64,000 nucleotides of DNA, taken from assembly GCA_964500975.1 (NCBI GenBank), contig CAZCQW010000004.1, positions 9,816 to 73,815 on the forward strand, in the 5' to 3' direction. Below, piece by piece: positions 1 through 9,172 of the stretch. Under the pieces are notes generated by a model. It was not told the DNA's origin, did not search any database, and was given only the letters and a program-made list of their open reading frames with translations. Position numbers and translations under genes: made by a program. The number at the start of each line of letters is the position of its first letter. Position 1 is the first letter of the stretch. The stretch comes from an uncultured Gammaproteobacteria bacterium. GTDB lineage: Bacteria; Patescibacteriota; Patescibacteriia; Patescibacteriales; UBA12465.

Positions 1-56
1 TTTTCTACAAGTTGCGCATAGGTTTTTTGTAGAACTGGAATTTTTGCTTTAGCCAT
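1..56 (-). CDS. 5' end of a minus-strand gene running off the window. The N-terminus reads MAKAKIPVLQKTYAQLVE; the product is not identified.
   Basis: Reverse complement of 1..56 begins with ATG at position 56 and stays open to the window edge. Two copies of the GC hairpin motif at 86..117 lie just upstream of it. Confidence 0.3.
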   Translation of the reverse strand, partial: MAKAKIPVLQKTYAQLVE

Positions 57-85
57 CTTATTTGTTTTGTTTATTCCGCCTTGGG

Positions 86-117
86 CGAGCAGATCCGCCT
101 TGGGTGGATGGGTTTAT
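86..117 (-). promoter_or_regulatory. Two tandem copies of the recurrent GC hairpin motif, CGCCCAAGGCGG followed by ATAAAC, upstream of the minus-strand start codon at 56.
   Basis: ccgccttgggcg at 86..97 and ccgccttgggtgg at 105..117. On the minus strand these read cgcccaaggcgg-aataaac-N14-ATG. Confidence 0.4.
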
Positions 118-271
118 AATTGTTAAATAACCTAAAAACAATATCACAATTAAGCACTATATGTCAATAGCTGAATTTTAGAGTAATTTTACCTTTTTTA
201 TAGTTTGTTTTTTTATCATTTTTATGGTATTTTAGATACTAGAATTATAAAAAATTATTTGAATATATTTT

Positions 272-2209
272 ATGAAAAAAAGTAAGCTCTGGCTAATGAT
301 TAGCTTGGCCCTCGTTTTATTGTTTGGTGGTTTTTGGTGGTGGTCAGCTAGTAAAAATAAAAAAGTTGACTATTCTACGGTTGAGGTAAAATCTGGTCCT
401 CTTATGCAAACAGTTAGCGAAGCAGGGACTCTTAAGCCAGTTAAAGAAGTCGCTTTAAATTTCTTATCTGGCGGGAGAATAAAAACGGTTAATGTTAAAG
501 TTGGTGATAAGGTTGCTAGCGGTACGGTTCTAGCATCTCTTGAAGATAGCTCTTTACAGTTAAGAAAAACTGAAGCGGAGGCTGGCTTAAGTATGGCTAA
601 AGCCACTCTTTCAAAATTAATTGCAGGCGCTAGTTCAGAAACAGTTAGTGTTAGCAGGTCTAGTCTTTCGCAGGCTCAAACTAGTTTATCTTCAGCTAAA
701 ACTGATTTAGATAAAACTAAAAAAACAGTTTCTGAAAATATCCGTCAAGCTGAAAAAACTTTAGCTGATTTAGAGTCAACTAGTCCAAATACGGTCACTC
801 CTCAAGAACAAGCGGTTGCGCTCGCTAAAACTGCCTTAGATAATGCAATAAAGAATGGCCAAAAAAATATCGACAATTCTCGAAGTTCAGCTGTTTTAGC
901 TGTTAATGATAAAATTTTGAATGCAAAAATTGCGCTTGATAATATTAATACACTTCTTGAAGACGATAGAGCTGATAATGTTTTAGGAGCAAAAAATTCG
1001 GCAACACTTAATAAAACTAAAGATGCTCGTCAATCTGCTTTGAGCTTAATTTCAAAAGCCGAGGCAGCTGCTAGCAAGGCTCGTCAACAAACCGATGAAG
1101 CCTCACTTATTTCAGCCGGGGAGGCAGTAAAAAATCTTTTAACTGCCACGGATAACGCTCTTGATTCAGCTTATGATACTTTAGAGGCAAGTATAGTTAG
1201 CTCGTCTTTTTCTCAAACACTGTTGGACTCATATAAAACAATTATTAGCTCACAAATTTCTCAAGTTAATGTTGCTAGCTCCGCTCTTGAATCTTCAGTT
1301 CAGAATTTTAATAACGCAGTTTTAAACAAAGAAACTAGTATTTCAAGCGCCGAGGATAATTTAGGACAAGCTCAGGCTAATCTAGAAAACGCAGTTAATG
1401 CCGCTCGCAATTCTTTGAGTAGTGTAAAATTAAGCGGCGACCAGCAAATATCCTCCGCCCAGTCTCGTCTTGATAGCGCGAGTAATGCTTTAGCTTTATC
1501 CCTTGCTCAATATAACAGTACGGTCGCTCCAGCCAGAAGTCAGGATGTTTCAGTAGCTCAAGCTCAAGTTAATCAAGCCCAGGCAACACTTGATGGAATT
1601 AATCAACAAATAAAAGACACTGTTCTGCTGTCGCCTTTAGATGGGGTTGTTAATCAGGTTAACTATGAGGTTGGTGAACAATTCGGTGGCACTGGTAAAT
1701 CAATGATATCTGTTTTAGTAAACAATAGTTTTAATATTGAAGTTGATATCTCGGAGTCAAATATAAGTAAAGTAAAAATTGGTAATTTAACAGATATAAC
1801 TTTTGACGCCTTTCCTGGGGATTTGATTCTTAAAGGTCAAGTTAGTTTTATTGAGCCAGCTCAGACAGTTATTCAAGACGTAGTTTATTATAAGGTTAAA
1901 ATTGACTTTGTTAATTTAATCGAAACCTTAAGCCTACTTGAGGGTAGGGGTTTAAGTTTAAAGTCGGGTATGACGGCTAACGTTGTAATTATGACAGACA
2001 AACGTGATCAAGCTTTGCAGGTTCCAGCGAGATCTTTAATAGAAAAAGATTCTCAAAAAATTATTCGTGTTTTAGAAAATGGGGTTGTGAAAGAAATTCC
2101 AGTTGAAGTTGGTTTGCAGGGCGATGAAGGTATGATTGAAATTTTAAGTGGAATTAAGGCTGGTGATCAGATAGTAACTTTTGTTAAAACCGCTACTCCA
2201 GCTAAATAA
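272..2209 (+). CDS. HlyD-family periplasmic adaptor of MacA or membrane-fusion-protein type, with a very long Ser/Ala/Thr/Asn/Gln-rich coiled coil.
   Basis: N-terminal TM helix, a long coiled-coil region, and a C-terminal beta-barrel-like segment (LLSPLDGVVNQVNYEVGEQF...GMTANVVI). It sits immediately upstream of an ABC ATPase and FtsX permeases. Confidence 0.7.
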   Translation: MKKSKLWLMISLALVLLFGGFWWWSASKNKKVDYSTVEVKSGPLMQTVSEAGTLKPVKEVALNFLSGGRIKTVNVKVGDKVASGTVLASLEDSSLQLRKTEAEAGLSMAKATLSKLIAGASSETVSVSRSSLSQAQTSLSSAKTDLDKTKKTVSENIRQAEKTLADLESTSPNTVTPQEQAVALAKTALDNAIKNGQKNIDNSRSSAVLAVNDKILNAKIALDNINTLLEDDRADNVLGAKNSATLNKTKDARQSALSLISKAEAAASKARQQTDEASLISAGEAVKNLLTATDNALDSAYDTLEASIVSSSFSQTLLDSYKTIISSQISQVNVASSALESSVQNFNNAVLNKETSISSAEDNLGQAQANLENAVNAARNSLSSVKLSGDQQISSAQSRLDSASNALALSLAQYNSTVAPARSQDVSVAQAQVNQAQATLDGINQQIKDTVLLSPLDGVVNQVNYEVGEQFGGTGKSMISVLVNNSFNIEVDISESNISKVKIGNLTDITFDAFPGDLILKGQVSFIEPAQTVIQDVVYYKVKIDFVNLIETLSLLEGRGLSLKSGMTANVVIMTDKRDQALQVPARSLIEKDSQKIIRVLENGVVKEIPVEVGLQGDEGMIEILSGIKAGDQIVTFVKTATPAK

Positions 2210-2216
2210 TAAATTT

Positions 2217-2939
2217 ATGGCAAAGGCTTTAATCGAATTAACTAATATTGAGAAAACTTATGTTAGTGGTGATTTAGAGACACAGGTTTTAAAAGATATA
2301 AGCTTTGATATTAAAGAAGGTGAGTTTGTTTCGATTATGGGCCCATCCGGCTCGGGTAAGTCGACCCTGATGCATATTCTTGGCTTACTTGAAAGGCAAA
2401 GTGTTGGCTCATATTTTTTTGCTGGCCGTGATATTAGTAAATTAAGTGATGAAGAACTGGCTCATTTAAGAAATAAAGAAATTGGTTTTGTTTTTCAAGC
2501 CTTTAATTTATTGGCTCGAACTAGTGTTTTAGATAACGTTAAGCTACCTCTAATATATTCCGATAATAAACTTAAAATGGATGAAAGAGCTGCTAAAGTT
2601 TTGCGTAGCGTTGGTTTAGAACATCGTCTTAATTATTTTACGAATCAAATTTCCGGTGGTGAAAAGCAAAGAGTTGCCATCGCCCGTGCCTTAGTAAATA
2701 ATCCATCAGTTATTTTTGCCGATGAACCAACTGGTAATCTTGATTCAAAATCAGGTGTGCAGGTAATGGAAATTCTTCAAAAACTTAATGCCGAAGGAAA
2801 AACTATTATCTTAGTTACTCATGAAACATATACCGCTGAACATGCTCAAAGAATAATTCGTGTTCTTGATGGCAAAATCGTTGCCGATGAACTCGTTAAA
2901 CATAGACGGTTTGCGTCTGATGGCGAAAATTTAAAATAA
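2217..2939 (+). CDS. ABC transporter ATP-binding protein of the MacB/LolD family.
   Basis: Walker [13 protein letters not shown] signature [15 protein letters not shown], and Walker [13 protein letters not shown]. The ATG at 2217 is preferred over the TTG at 2181 that the ORF track uses. Confidence 0.85.
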   Translation: MAKALIELTNIEKTYVSGDLETQVLKDISFDIKEGEFVSIMGPSGSGKSTLMHILGLLERQSVGSYFFAGRDISKLSDEELAHLRNKEIGFVFQAFNLLARTSVLDNVKLPLIYSDNKLKMDERAAKVLRSVGLEHRLNYFTNQISGGEKQRVAIARALVNNPSVIFADEPTGNLDSKSGVQVMEILQKLNAEGKTIILVTHETYTAEHAQRIIRVLDGKIVADELVKHRRFASDGENLK

Positions 2940-2941
2940 TT

Positions 2942-4189
2942 ATGCTAGAAAACTTTCGCCAATTACTTAAGCTAGTTTTTATATCACTTTTGGGCAATAA
3001 AACCAGAAGTTTTTTGACGATGTTAGGGATTATAATTGGCGTTGGAGCAGTTGTTTTAATTATGTCGCTTGGCGCTGGTGCAAAGTCTTTGATCCTTGGT
3101 CAGTTATCCGGTGTGGGCGGAGATTTAATTGGCATTCTGCCGGGCCAATCAGATTCTAAAGGGCCGCCTGCCTCAGTATTCGGGGTTAAAGTTACTAGTT
3201 TAAAAATTGGCGATGCCGAAGCTTTTAAAGACCCTCAAAATGTAGCTCATATTACCTCGGTCGTTTCATATTATCAGACCAGCGCCACTACTTACTGGCG
3301 CGATCAAAGCTACGACGCGACTCTTCAAGGTGTGGTTGGTGATTATTCAGAACTTGAAGGTGGCGAAGTGTCTCTTGGTCGCTTTTTTACAAATGATGAA
3401 CTAAACTCTAGTTTAAATTTTGCTATCTTAGGGAGCACAGTGGCTAAAGAATTATTTGGTGATAATAATCCAGTTAATCAAAAAATTAAAATTAAAAATA
3501 AAACTGCAACTGTTATTGGTGTAATGAAAGAAAGGGGCCAGGTTGGTTTTCAAAGTTATGATAATTTAATAATTACACCTCTTCTTTTTGCCCAAAAAGA
3601 AATTGCGGGTGTTAATTATTTGAGCTCAGTTAGAATAAAAGTTGATAATTCTGAAAATATTGATGAGGCAATGGAAAATATTCGCCAAACTTTAAGAGAG
3701 CGTCACGATATTGATAATCCAACTGATGATGATTTTTCTGTTCGTAGTTTTAGGGACGCACTTGATTTAGTAAATACAATTACCGACTCAATTCGTTATT
3801 TTTTGGCTGCATTGGCTAGCTTATCTCTTCTGGTTGGGTGAATTGGAATTATGAATATTATGTTAGTTAGCGTTACTGAAAGAACGAGAGAAATTGGTTT
3901 AAGAAAATCGTTAGGTGCGACAAATCGCCAGGTTTTAAATCAGTTTCTATTTGAAGCGATTGTTCTTACATTGTTTGGTGGCTTAATTGGTCTACTAGCA
4001 GGAAGTTTACTTTCGTATTTAACAGCCATTATTGTTAGATCACTTGATTATCAGTGGGATTTTATTATTTCTTTATCATCGATTATTGTCGCTGTTAGTT
4101 TGTCGACTTTAATCGGAGTTGTTTTTGGTTATTATCCCGCTAAGCGAGCGAGCTGTTTAAGCCCAATTGAGGCTTTGCGTTATGAATAA
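2942..4189 (+). pseudogene. FtsX/MacB-type ABC permease interrupted by a single in-frame TGA at 3839..3841. It could alternatively be read through or recoded.
   Basis: ORFs 2942..3841 and 3851..4189 are in the same frame. The sequence LLVG*IGIMNIM...ERTREIGLRKSLGAT aligns with LLVGGVGIMNIM...ERTPEIGLRKALGAT in the intact paralog at 4193..5419. The TGA replaces the conserved Gly of the FtsX GG motif. Confidence 0.55.
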
Positions 4190-4192
4190 ATT

Positions 4193-5419
4193 ATGCGTGT
4201 TATTATTGCCTTTAAATTAGCTTTTAATTCGTTGCGCTTAAATCTTGTGAGAACAAGTTTAACGGTTTTAGGCGTGGTTATCGGAGTGGCGGCAATTATC
4301 GTTGTATTTTCAGCTGGTAGTATGCTTAGTAATTTAGTGTCGGGTGAAATTGAATCATACGGAACGAATGTTGTCCAAACTGAAACTAAGGCGCCAGGAA
4401 AAGCGGCCAATGGTTCAGTTGAGGTAACTTCTTTAAAAATTAGTGACATGGAAGCGATCAATAAGCTTAGGAATATTTCCATGAGCTATGCTGCTTCTTT
4501 AGCTCAGCAAAGAGTTAGCTATGAGTCACAAAGTAAAAAAGTTTTTATTTTTGGGACTAGCGCACCTTACGCAAAAATTGATACTAAAACGAAATTAGCG
4601 AGCGGTGAATTTTTTACTGAAGAAGATGATAAAAGTCAGGCCATGGTAGTTGTTTTAGGCTCCGCTCTAAAGGATGAATTATTTGGCAATCAAGATGCTA
4701 TTGGAAAATCCGTTAAACTTGGTACTAAAAAGTTTCAAGTAGTTGGTGTTTTAGAGGAGCAGGGTGGAGGGGCCTCTTTTCTTGATTTTGACAACATGGT
4801 TTATATCCCTATTAATACTTTGCACAAAAGAATTCTTGGTATTGATTATGCGATGTATTTTATGCACGAGGTTAAGGATATAAAGATTGCCGCTGATACA
4901 GCTGACGAAATTAAATCTCTTTTGCGTCAAAGACATGAAATTACTAATCCTGATAAAGATGATTTTAATGTTTCAACAATGGCAGAAATGATAGATACAT
5001 TAAGTACGGTAACTAATGCGGTTACTTATTTGTTGCTTGCCATTGTTTTAATTTCATTGTTAGTTGGTGGCGTCGGAATTATGAATATTATGTACGTTAC
5101 TGTGGTTGAAAGAACGCCGGAAATCGGTTTAAGAAAAGCGCTGGGGGCGACCAGGAAAGATGTTGTTTGGCAGTTTCTAATTGAATCTTTGTTAATTACA
5201 TTTTGGGGTTGGCTTCTTGGGGCTTTTATAGGTGTTTTAATTTCCTATTTATTGAACATAGCTGCCAGATATTTTGGCTTGGATTGGCAATTTAGTTTTC
5301 CTTGGCAGGGAATTGGTGCCTCGTTAATTTTTTCTTTGGTTTGCGGTCTTTTATTTGGTTATAGACCAGCTAAGCAAGCCGCCGCACTTGATCCAGTTGA
5401 AGCTTTAAGAATAGAATAG
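4193..5419 (+). CDS. FtsX/MacB-type ABC permease; the intact paralog.
   Basis: N-terminal TM helix, a periplasmic MacB_PCD-like domain, and a C-terminal FtsX 3-TM region carrying the LLVGGVGIMNIM motif. Confidence 0.8.
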   Translation: MRVIIAFKLAFNSLRLNLVRTSLTVLGVVIGVAAIIVVFSAGSMLSNLVSGEIESYGTNVVQTETKAPGKAANGSVEVTSLKISDMEAINKLRNISMSYAASLAQQRVSYESQSKKVFIFGTSAPYAKIDTKTKLASGEFFTEEDDKSQAMVVVLGSALKDELFGNQDAIGKSVKLGTKKFQVVGVLEEQGGGASFLDFDNMVYIPINTLHKRILGIDYAMYFMHEVKDIKIAADTADEIKSLLRQRHEITNPDKDDFNVSTMAEMIDTLSTVTNAVTYLLLAIVLISLLVGGVGIMNIMYVTVVERTPEIGLRKALGATRKDVVWQFLIESLLITFWGWLLGAFIGVLISYLLNIAARYFGLDWQFSFPWQGIGASLIFSLVCGLLFGYRPAKQAAALDPVEALRIE

Positions 5420-5450
5420 TTTTTATAATAAAAATAAATTAAACACTATA

Positions 5451-5476
5451 AGCGGTTATAAAAAACCGTTTTTTTG
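5451..5476 (+). terminator. Rho-independent terminator.
   Basis: agcggtt-ataaaaa-aaccg hairpin followed by a T7 run. Confidence 0.5.
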
Positions 5477-5497
5477 TAATGTTTTCAGGTATTGGCG

Positions 5498-5547
5498 CAC
5501 ACTACATCTTGTGGTATAATATTATTAACTACCACAATGTGTAGTAT
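5498..5547 (+). promoter_or_regulatory. Putative NrdR operator pair flanking an extended -10 element (tggTATAAT at 5512..5520) of the nrdAB promoter.
   Basis: Two 16-17 nt near-palindromes: cACACTACATCTTGTGG at 5498..5514 and CCACAATGTGTAGTAT at 5532..5547. They are roughly 32 bp apart centre to centre, and the second is the reverse complement of the first. Confidence 0.4.
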
Positions 5548-5574
5548 TTATTAACATAAACTCGAAAACATAAT

Positions 5575-7986
5575 ATGAGTATTTATAAAATTGTTGCTAA
5601 CGATGGCACAATGGAAAATTTTTCCGAAGAAAAAATTGAAGCGAAACTAAAAATCATGGCCCAAGGACTTGATCACATTGATATAAATATAATTCTAAGT
5701 GAAATTAAAAGCAGTCTTTATGAGGGTATTAAAGTTAGTGAGCTTAAAAAAACAATAATTAATGCCGCTACATTTTTAATTGAACGACATTATAATTATT
5801 CCTATTTAGCCGCCCGCCTTTTAATTGACCAGTTATGTGAAGACGTTTTAGGTCTTGATTATGACAAGGAATTATTAGGCGAAGACTTAAGTCTAAAAAA
5901 ATATCGTCAAGGTTTTATCGATTATATTGGAAAAGGAATTAAATATCAGCTTTTAAACCCAGAGCTTGCTAATTTTGATTTAATGAAACTAGCCGCTGCT
6001 ATTGATAAAAATCGTGATAATAATTTTCAGTATTTAGGTGCGCAAACGATTTATGATAGATACTTACTAAAAACCCCTGTTAAGCCGCGCTCTATTTTTG
6101 AATTACCTCAGTGGATGTGGATGCGCATTGCGATGGGGCTTGCTTTAAAAGAAGATAAACGTGAAGACAGGGCGATTGAATTTTATAATTTAATGTCTCA
6201 ATTTCTACTTGTACCATCAACTCCAACACTATTTAACAGTGGAACGGTTAATAGTCAGCTAAGTTCATGTTTTCTAAATACGGTTGAGGATTCATTAATT
6301 GGGATATTTAAAAGTTTTTCTGTTGTTGCTCGGTTATCAAAATTGTCAGGTGGAATCGGGACTGACTGGACACCAGTTCGTTCTATGGGTTCAAAAATTA
6401 AAGGAACGAACGGTGATTCTCAAGGAATAATTCCATTTATTAAAATCTTTAATGATGTGGCGGTTGCGGTTAATCAGGGCGGTAAACGTCGAGGAGCTTT
6501 AGCGGCTTATCTTGAAGTTTGGCATAATGATATTGAAGAATTCTTGGAATTAAAAAAGAATACCGGCGATGAACGTCGTCGAGCTCATGATATTCATCCC
6601 GCCGTTTGGATTCCGGATTTATTTATGAAAAGAGTTTTAAGCGACGAAAACTGGACTTTGTTTTCGCCGAATGAAGTTCCGGGACTTCATGATTTATATG
6701 GAAAAAAATTCGAAGAAAAATACGAGGAATACGAAAGAGAGAATATGCCTGGAGCACGTAAATTGCCAGCCAAAGAATTGTGGAAGAAAATATTAACCAT
6801 GCTTTATGAAACTGGCCACCCGTGGATTACTTTTAAAGACCCATGTAATCTGCGCTCGCCTCAAGATCATGATGGCGTAATTCATAATTCAAATTTATGC
6901 ACAGAAATAACTCTAAATAATTCATTAGAGGAAACCGCAGTTTGTAATTTAGCGAGTTTGAATTTAAGTTTAATGGTTCGTGATGGGAAATTAGATAGCG
7001 ACTTAATTAAAGAAACGGTTGCGACTGGAATGCGTATGCTTGATAATGTGGTTGATATAAATTTTTATACAATTCCAGAAACAGAAAAATCCAATAATCG
7101 TCATAGACCGGTTGGGCTTGGCTTAATGGGTTACCAAGACGCTCTTTATCAGCTAGGAATTGATTTTGCGAGCGAAGAAAATTTAAAATTTGCCGATACT
7201 TCAATGGAGTTAATTTCGTATCATGTATTTTCGGCTAGTTCTGATTTGGCAAAAGAAAGAGGTTCTTACGAAACTTATGAGGGTAGTAAATGGAGTCGCG
7301 GAATATTGCCAATTGATACTTTAGAAATTCTTGAACAAGAAAGAGGGGTTAATTTAACTATTAATAAAGAGAGAACACTCGATTGGGATGCACTCAGAGA
7401 AAAAATAAGAATTCAAGGAATGCGTAATTCAAACTGTTTGGCGATTGCACCAACGGCGACTATTTCAAATATAACTGGTGTCGCTCCTTGCGTAGAGCCG
7501 ATATTTAAGAATATTTATAGTAAAGAGAATATGTCTGGAAGCTTTTTAGTGACCAATAAATACTTAGTTGATGATTTAATTAATGAGGGCTTATGGAATA
7601 AACAGACTTTAGATTTGATTAAATATAATAATGGATCAGTTGCAAGTATTAATTCAATCTCACCAAAATTAAAAAATAAATATAAGGAAACTTTTGAAAT
7701 TGATCCGTATTGGGTTGTTAAAGCGGCCGCTTATCGGGGTAAATGGATAGATCAAAGCGCTTCGACTAATATTTTTGTTTCTACTAGTAGTGGAAAAATG
7801 TTAAGTGATTTATACATTGATGCTTGGAAGACTGGTCTTAAAACTACTTATTACTTAAGAACACTTGCTGCCTCGCAAATCGCTAAAACAATTGAAATGC
7901 CGATTGAGACGACTCCTGAGACAGTTGTAAAAGTTGAGCCTAAAGCCTGTCTTATAAATAATCCAGATTGTGAGGCTTGCCAGTAA
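5575..7986 (+). CDS. nrdA: Ribonucleoside-diphosphate reductase alpha subunit, class I, with an N-terminal ATP cone.
   Basis: ATP cone (IVANDGTMENFSEEKIEAKL), an RNR large-subunit barrel, and a C-terminal Cys pair (CEAC). Length is 803 aa. Confidence 0.9.
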   Translation: MSIYKIVANDGTMENFSEEKIEAKLKIMAQGLDHIDINIILSEIKSSLYEGIKVSELKKTIINAATFLIERHYNYSYLAARLLIDQLCEDVLGLDYDKELLGEDLSLKKYRQGFIDYIGKGIKYQLLNPELANFDLMKLAAAIDKNRDNNFQYLGAQTIYDRYLLKTPVKPRSIFELPQWMWMRIAMGLALKEDKREDRAIEFYNLMSQFLLVPSTPTLFNSGTVNSQLSSCFLNTVEDSLIGIFKSFSVVARLSKLSGGIGTDWTPVRSMGSKIKGTNGDSQGIIPFIKIFNDVAVAVNQGGKRRGALAAYLEVWHNDIEEFLELKKNTGDERRRAHDIHPAVWIPDLFMKRVLSDENWTLFSPNEVPGLHDLYGKKFEEKYEEYERENMPGARKLPAKELWKKILTMLYETGHPWITFKDPCNLRSPQDHDGVIHNSNLCTEITLNNSLEETAVCNLASLNLSLMVRDGKLDSDLIKETVATGMRMLDNVVDINFYTIPETEKSNNRHRPVGLGLMGYQDALYQLGIDFASEENLKFADTSMELISYHVFSASSDLAKERGSYETYEGSKWSRGILPIDTLEILEQERGVNLTINKERTLDWDALREKIRIQGMRNSNCLAIAPTATISNITGVAPCVEPIFKNIYSKENMSGSFLVTNKYLVDDLINEGLWNKQTLDLIKYNNGSVASINSISPKLKNKYKETFEIDPYWVVKAAAYRGKWIDQSASTNIFVSTSSGKMLSDLYIDAWKTGLKTTYYLRTLAASQIAKTIEMPIETTPETVVKVEPKACLINNPDCEACQ

Positions 7987-8028
7987 TTGAGCCAAAATAA
8001 TTAACACATTTATTGATAATAATTGAAC

Positions 8029-8041
8029 CCGCCCTAGGCGG
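8029..8041 (+). promoter_or_regulatory. GC hairpin motif ccgccCTAggcgg, 10 nt upstream of the nrdB ATG.
   Basis: A 5-bp GC stem with a 3-nt loop in an AT-rich context; the same motif occurs at 11057, 17997, 29426 and 53498-53547. Confidence 0.4.
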
Positions 8042-8051
8042 ACATATATAT

Positions 8052-9098
8052 ATGGGAAGAATAATAGGAAAAATGAATACTTTATCTAATGCTGAAGTAA
8101 TAAATAAGCGCCTGGTAATTAATGGTGAAGATGACGGTTTGATGCAGATAGCGCCCTTAAAGCATCAATTTGCTGATGAAATTTTTAAGACTATGCTTAA
8201 AAATAATTGGGTACCGCAAGAAGTTAATCTTCAGGAAGATATTGAGCAATGGCGTAAACCGGATATCTTAACCGAAAATGAACGTCGTGTTTATATGCGT
8301 AGTTTGTCTTTTGTTTCTAATTTAGACGGGATTCAAACAGGGAATTTAACGACTAACATTGTTAATCAGATAACTTCTCCGGAAATTATTTTGGCTATTG
8401 TTAGACAGGCTTATGAGGAAGCGCTTCATGTTCACAGCTATGCAACCATGATTGAGGCTTTAGGTTTTAATCCTGATGAAATTTACGGCATGTATAAGAG
8501 TGATAAAGAACTTTATACTAAGAACCAGTATGTCCTAACGGCAATTAATAAAATTGGTAATCCAAATTTCCAAACGGGAACTCTAGAAAATGACCAATTA
8601 TTTTTAGAAGCTTGTGTGGGCAATGTAATTTTAGAAGGAATATATTTTTATAGCGCCTTCTTAAATTTTTATATTCTTCGTCGTAATAATAAAATGCCTG
8701 GGAGCGCACAGATGATACAGTTTATTAATCGTGACGAAGATATGCACTTGCAACTCTTTATTAACGTCGTAAACACAATAAAAAAAGAACAGCCAGAGCT
8801 TTGGACTGAAGACTTTCAAGAAAGAATTATTAAAAATATTGAAGGTGCGGTTGACCATGAACTAGCCTGGGGAATGTCCTGTATTCAGGATGGAATTCTA
8901 GGATTAAACAAAGAAAATTTAACAGCTTATCTTCATTTCGTAGGTGACTTAAGATTAAAAGTTTTAGGGTTGCCGAAAAAATGGAATAGTGAAAATCCCT
9001 TTCCGTGGCTTGATGAATTTACTCAAGGAAATATGACCGAAAGCAACTTTTTTGAGTCTACGGTTAAAGAGTATTCAACCGGCAGTCTAGAGTGGTAA
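8052..9098 (+). CDS. nrdB: Ribonucleoside-diphosphate reductase beta subunit, a ferritin-like di-iron protein.
   Basis: Ferritin-like R2 motifs (EEALHVHSY, EGIYFYSAF, RDEDMHL). Start placed at the ATG at 8052 because the ORF-track start at 8013 would translate through the GC hairpin at 8029..8041. Confidence 0.85.
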   Translation: MGRIIGKMNTLSNAEVINKRLVINGEDDGLMQIAPLKHQFADEIFKTMLKNNWVPQEVNLQEDIEQWRKPDILTENERRVYMRSLSFVSNLDGIQTGNLTTNIVNQITSPEIILAIVRQAYEEALHVHSYATMIEALGFNPDEIYGMYKSDKELYTKNQYVLTAINKIGNPNFQTGTLENDQLFLEACVGNVILEGIYFYSAFLNFYILRRNNKMPGSAQMIQFINRDEDMHLQLFINVVNTIKKEQPELWTEDFQERIIKNIEGAVDHELAWGMSCIQDGILGLNKENLTAYLHFVGDLRLKVLGLPKKWNSENPFPWLDEFTQGNMTESNFFESTVKEYSTGSLEW

Positions 9099-9126
9099 TT
9101 TAATTATTATAATGATATATTTATAA

Positions 9127-9150
9127 AAGAGTGATGAAAATCACTCTTTT
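9127..9150 (+). terminator. Rho-independent terminator after nrdB.
   Basis: agagtga-tgaaaa-tcactct hairpin followed by a T4 run. Confidence 0.5.
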
Positions 9151-9172
9151 AGTTACTGTTTAAGTTTAGTCT

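Noticed and set aside
370-606. A 78-aa minus-strand ORF inside the HlyD-like gene. Similar antisense or nested ORFs lie at 4180..4482, 4751..4936, 7007..7204, 8661..8858, 10305..10526, 16309..16698, 16589..16786, 16922..17140, 18398..18610, 26487..26708, 26780..26977, 28017..28229, 30483..33294 (several), 36012..36260, 36814..37002, 39953..40339, 41461..42444, 45770..45961, 51001..51476, 51967..52161, 53367..53570, 58214..58411, 58802..59315 and 59521..59733.
   Set aside because: All of them lie antisense to, or nested within, long well-supported genes, and have no start or terminator context. Several mirror the low-complexity or repeat composition of the sense gene. They are treated as translation artefacts.
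2942-4189. Full genetic code 25 (TGA as Gly throughout the genome), or code 4.
   Set aside because: ORFs of 800-1300 aa translated with the standard code contain no internal TGA at all. Under code 25 or code 4, TGA would be frequent inside genes. Only the weaker hypothesis of a TGA-avoiding or leaky state is kept, as a finding.
8013-8051. The ORF-track start of nrdB at 8013.
   Set aside because: It would translate straight through the GC hairpin motif. The ATG at 8052, about 10 nt after the hairpin, matches the architecture seen at eno, lemA and parB.
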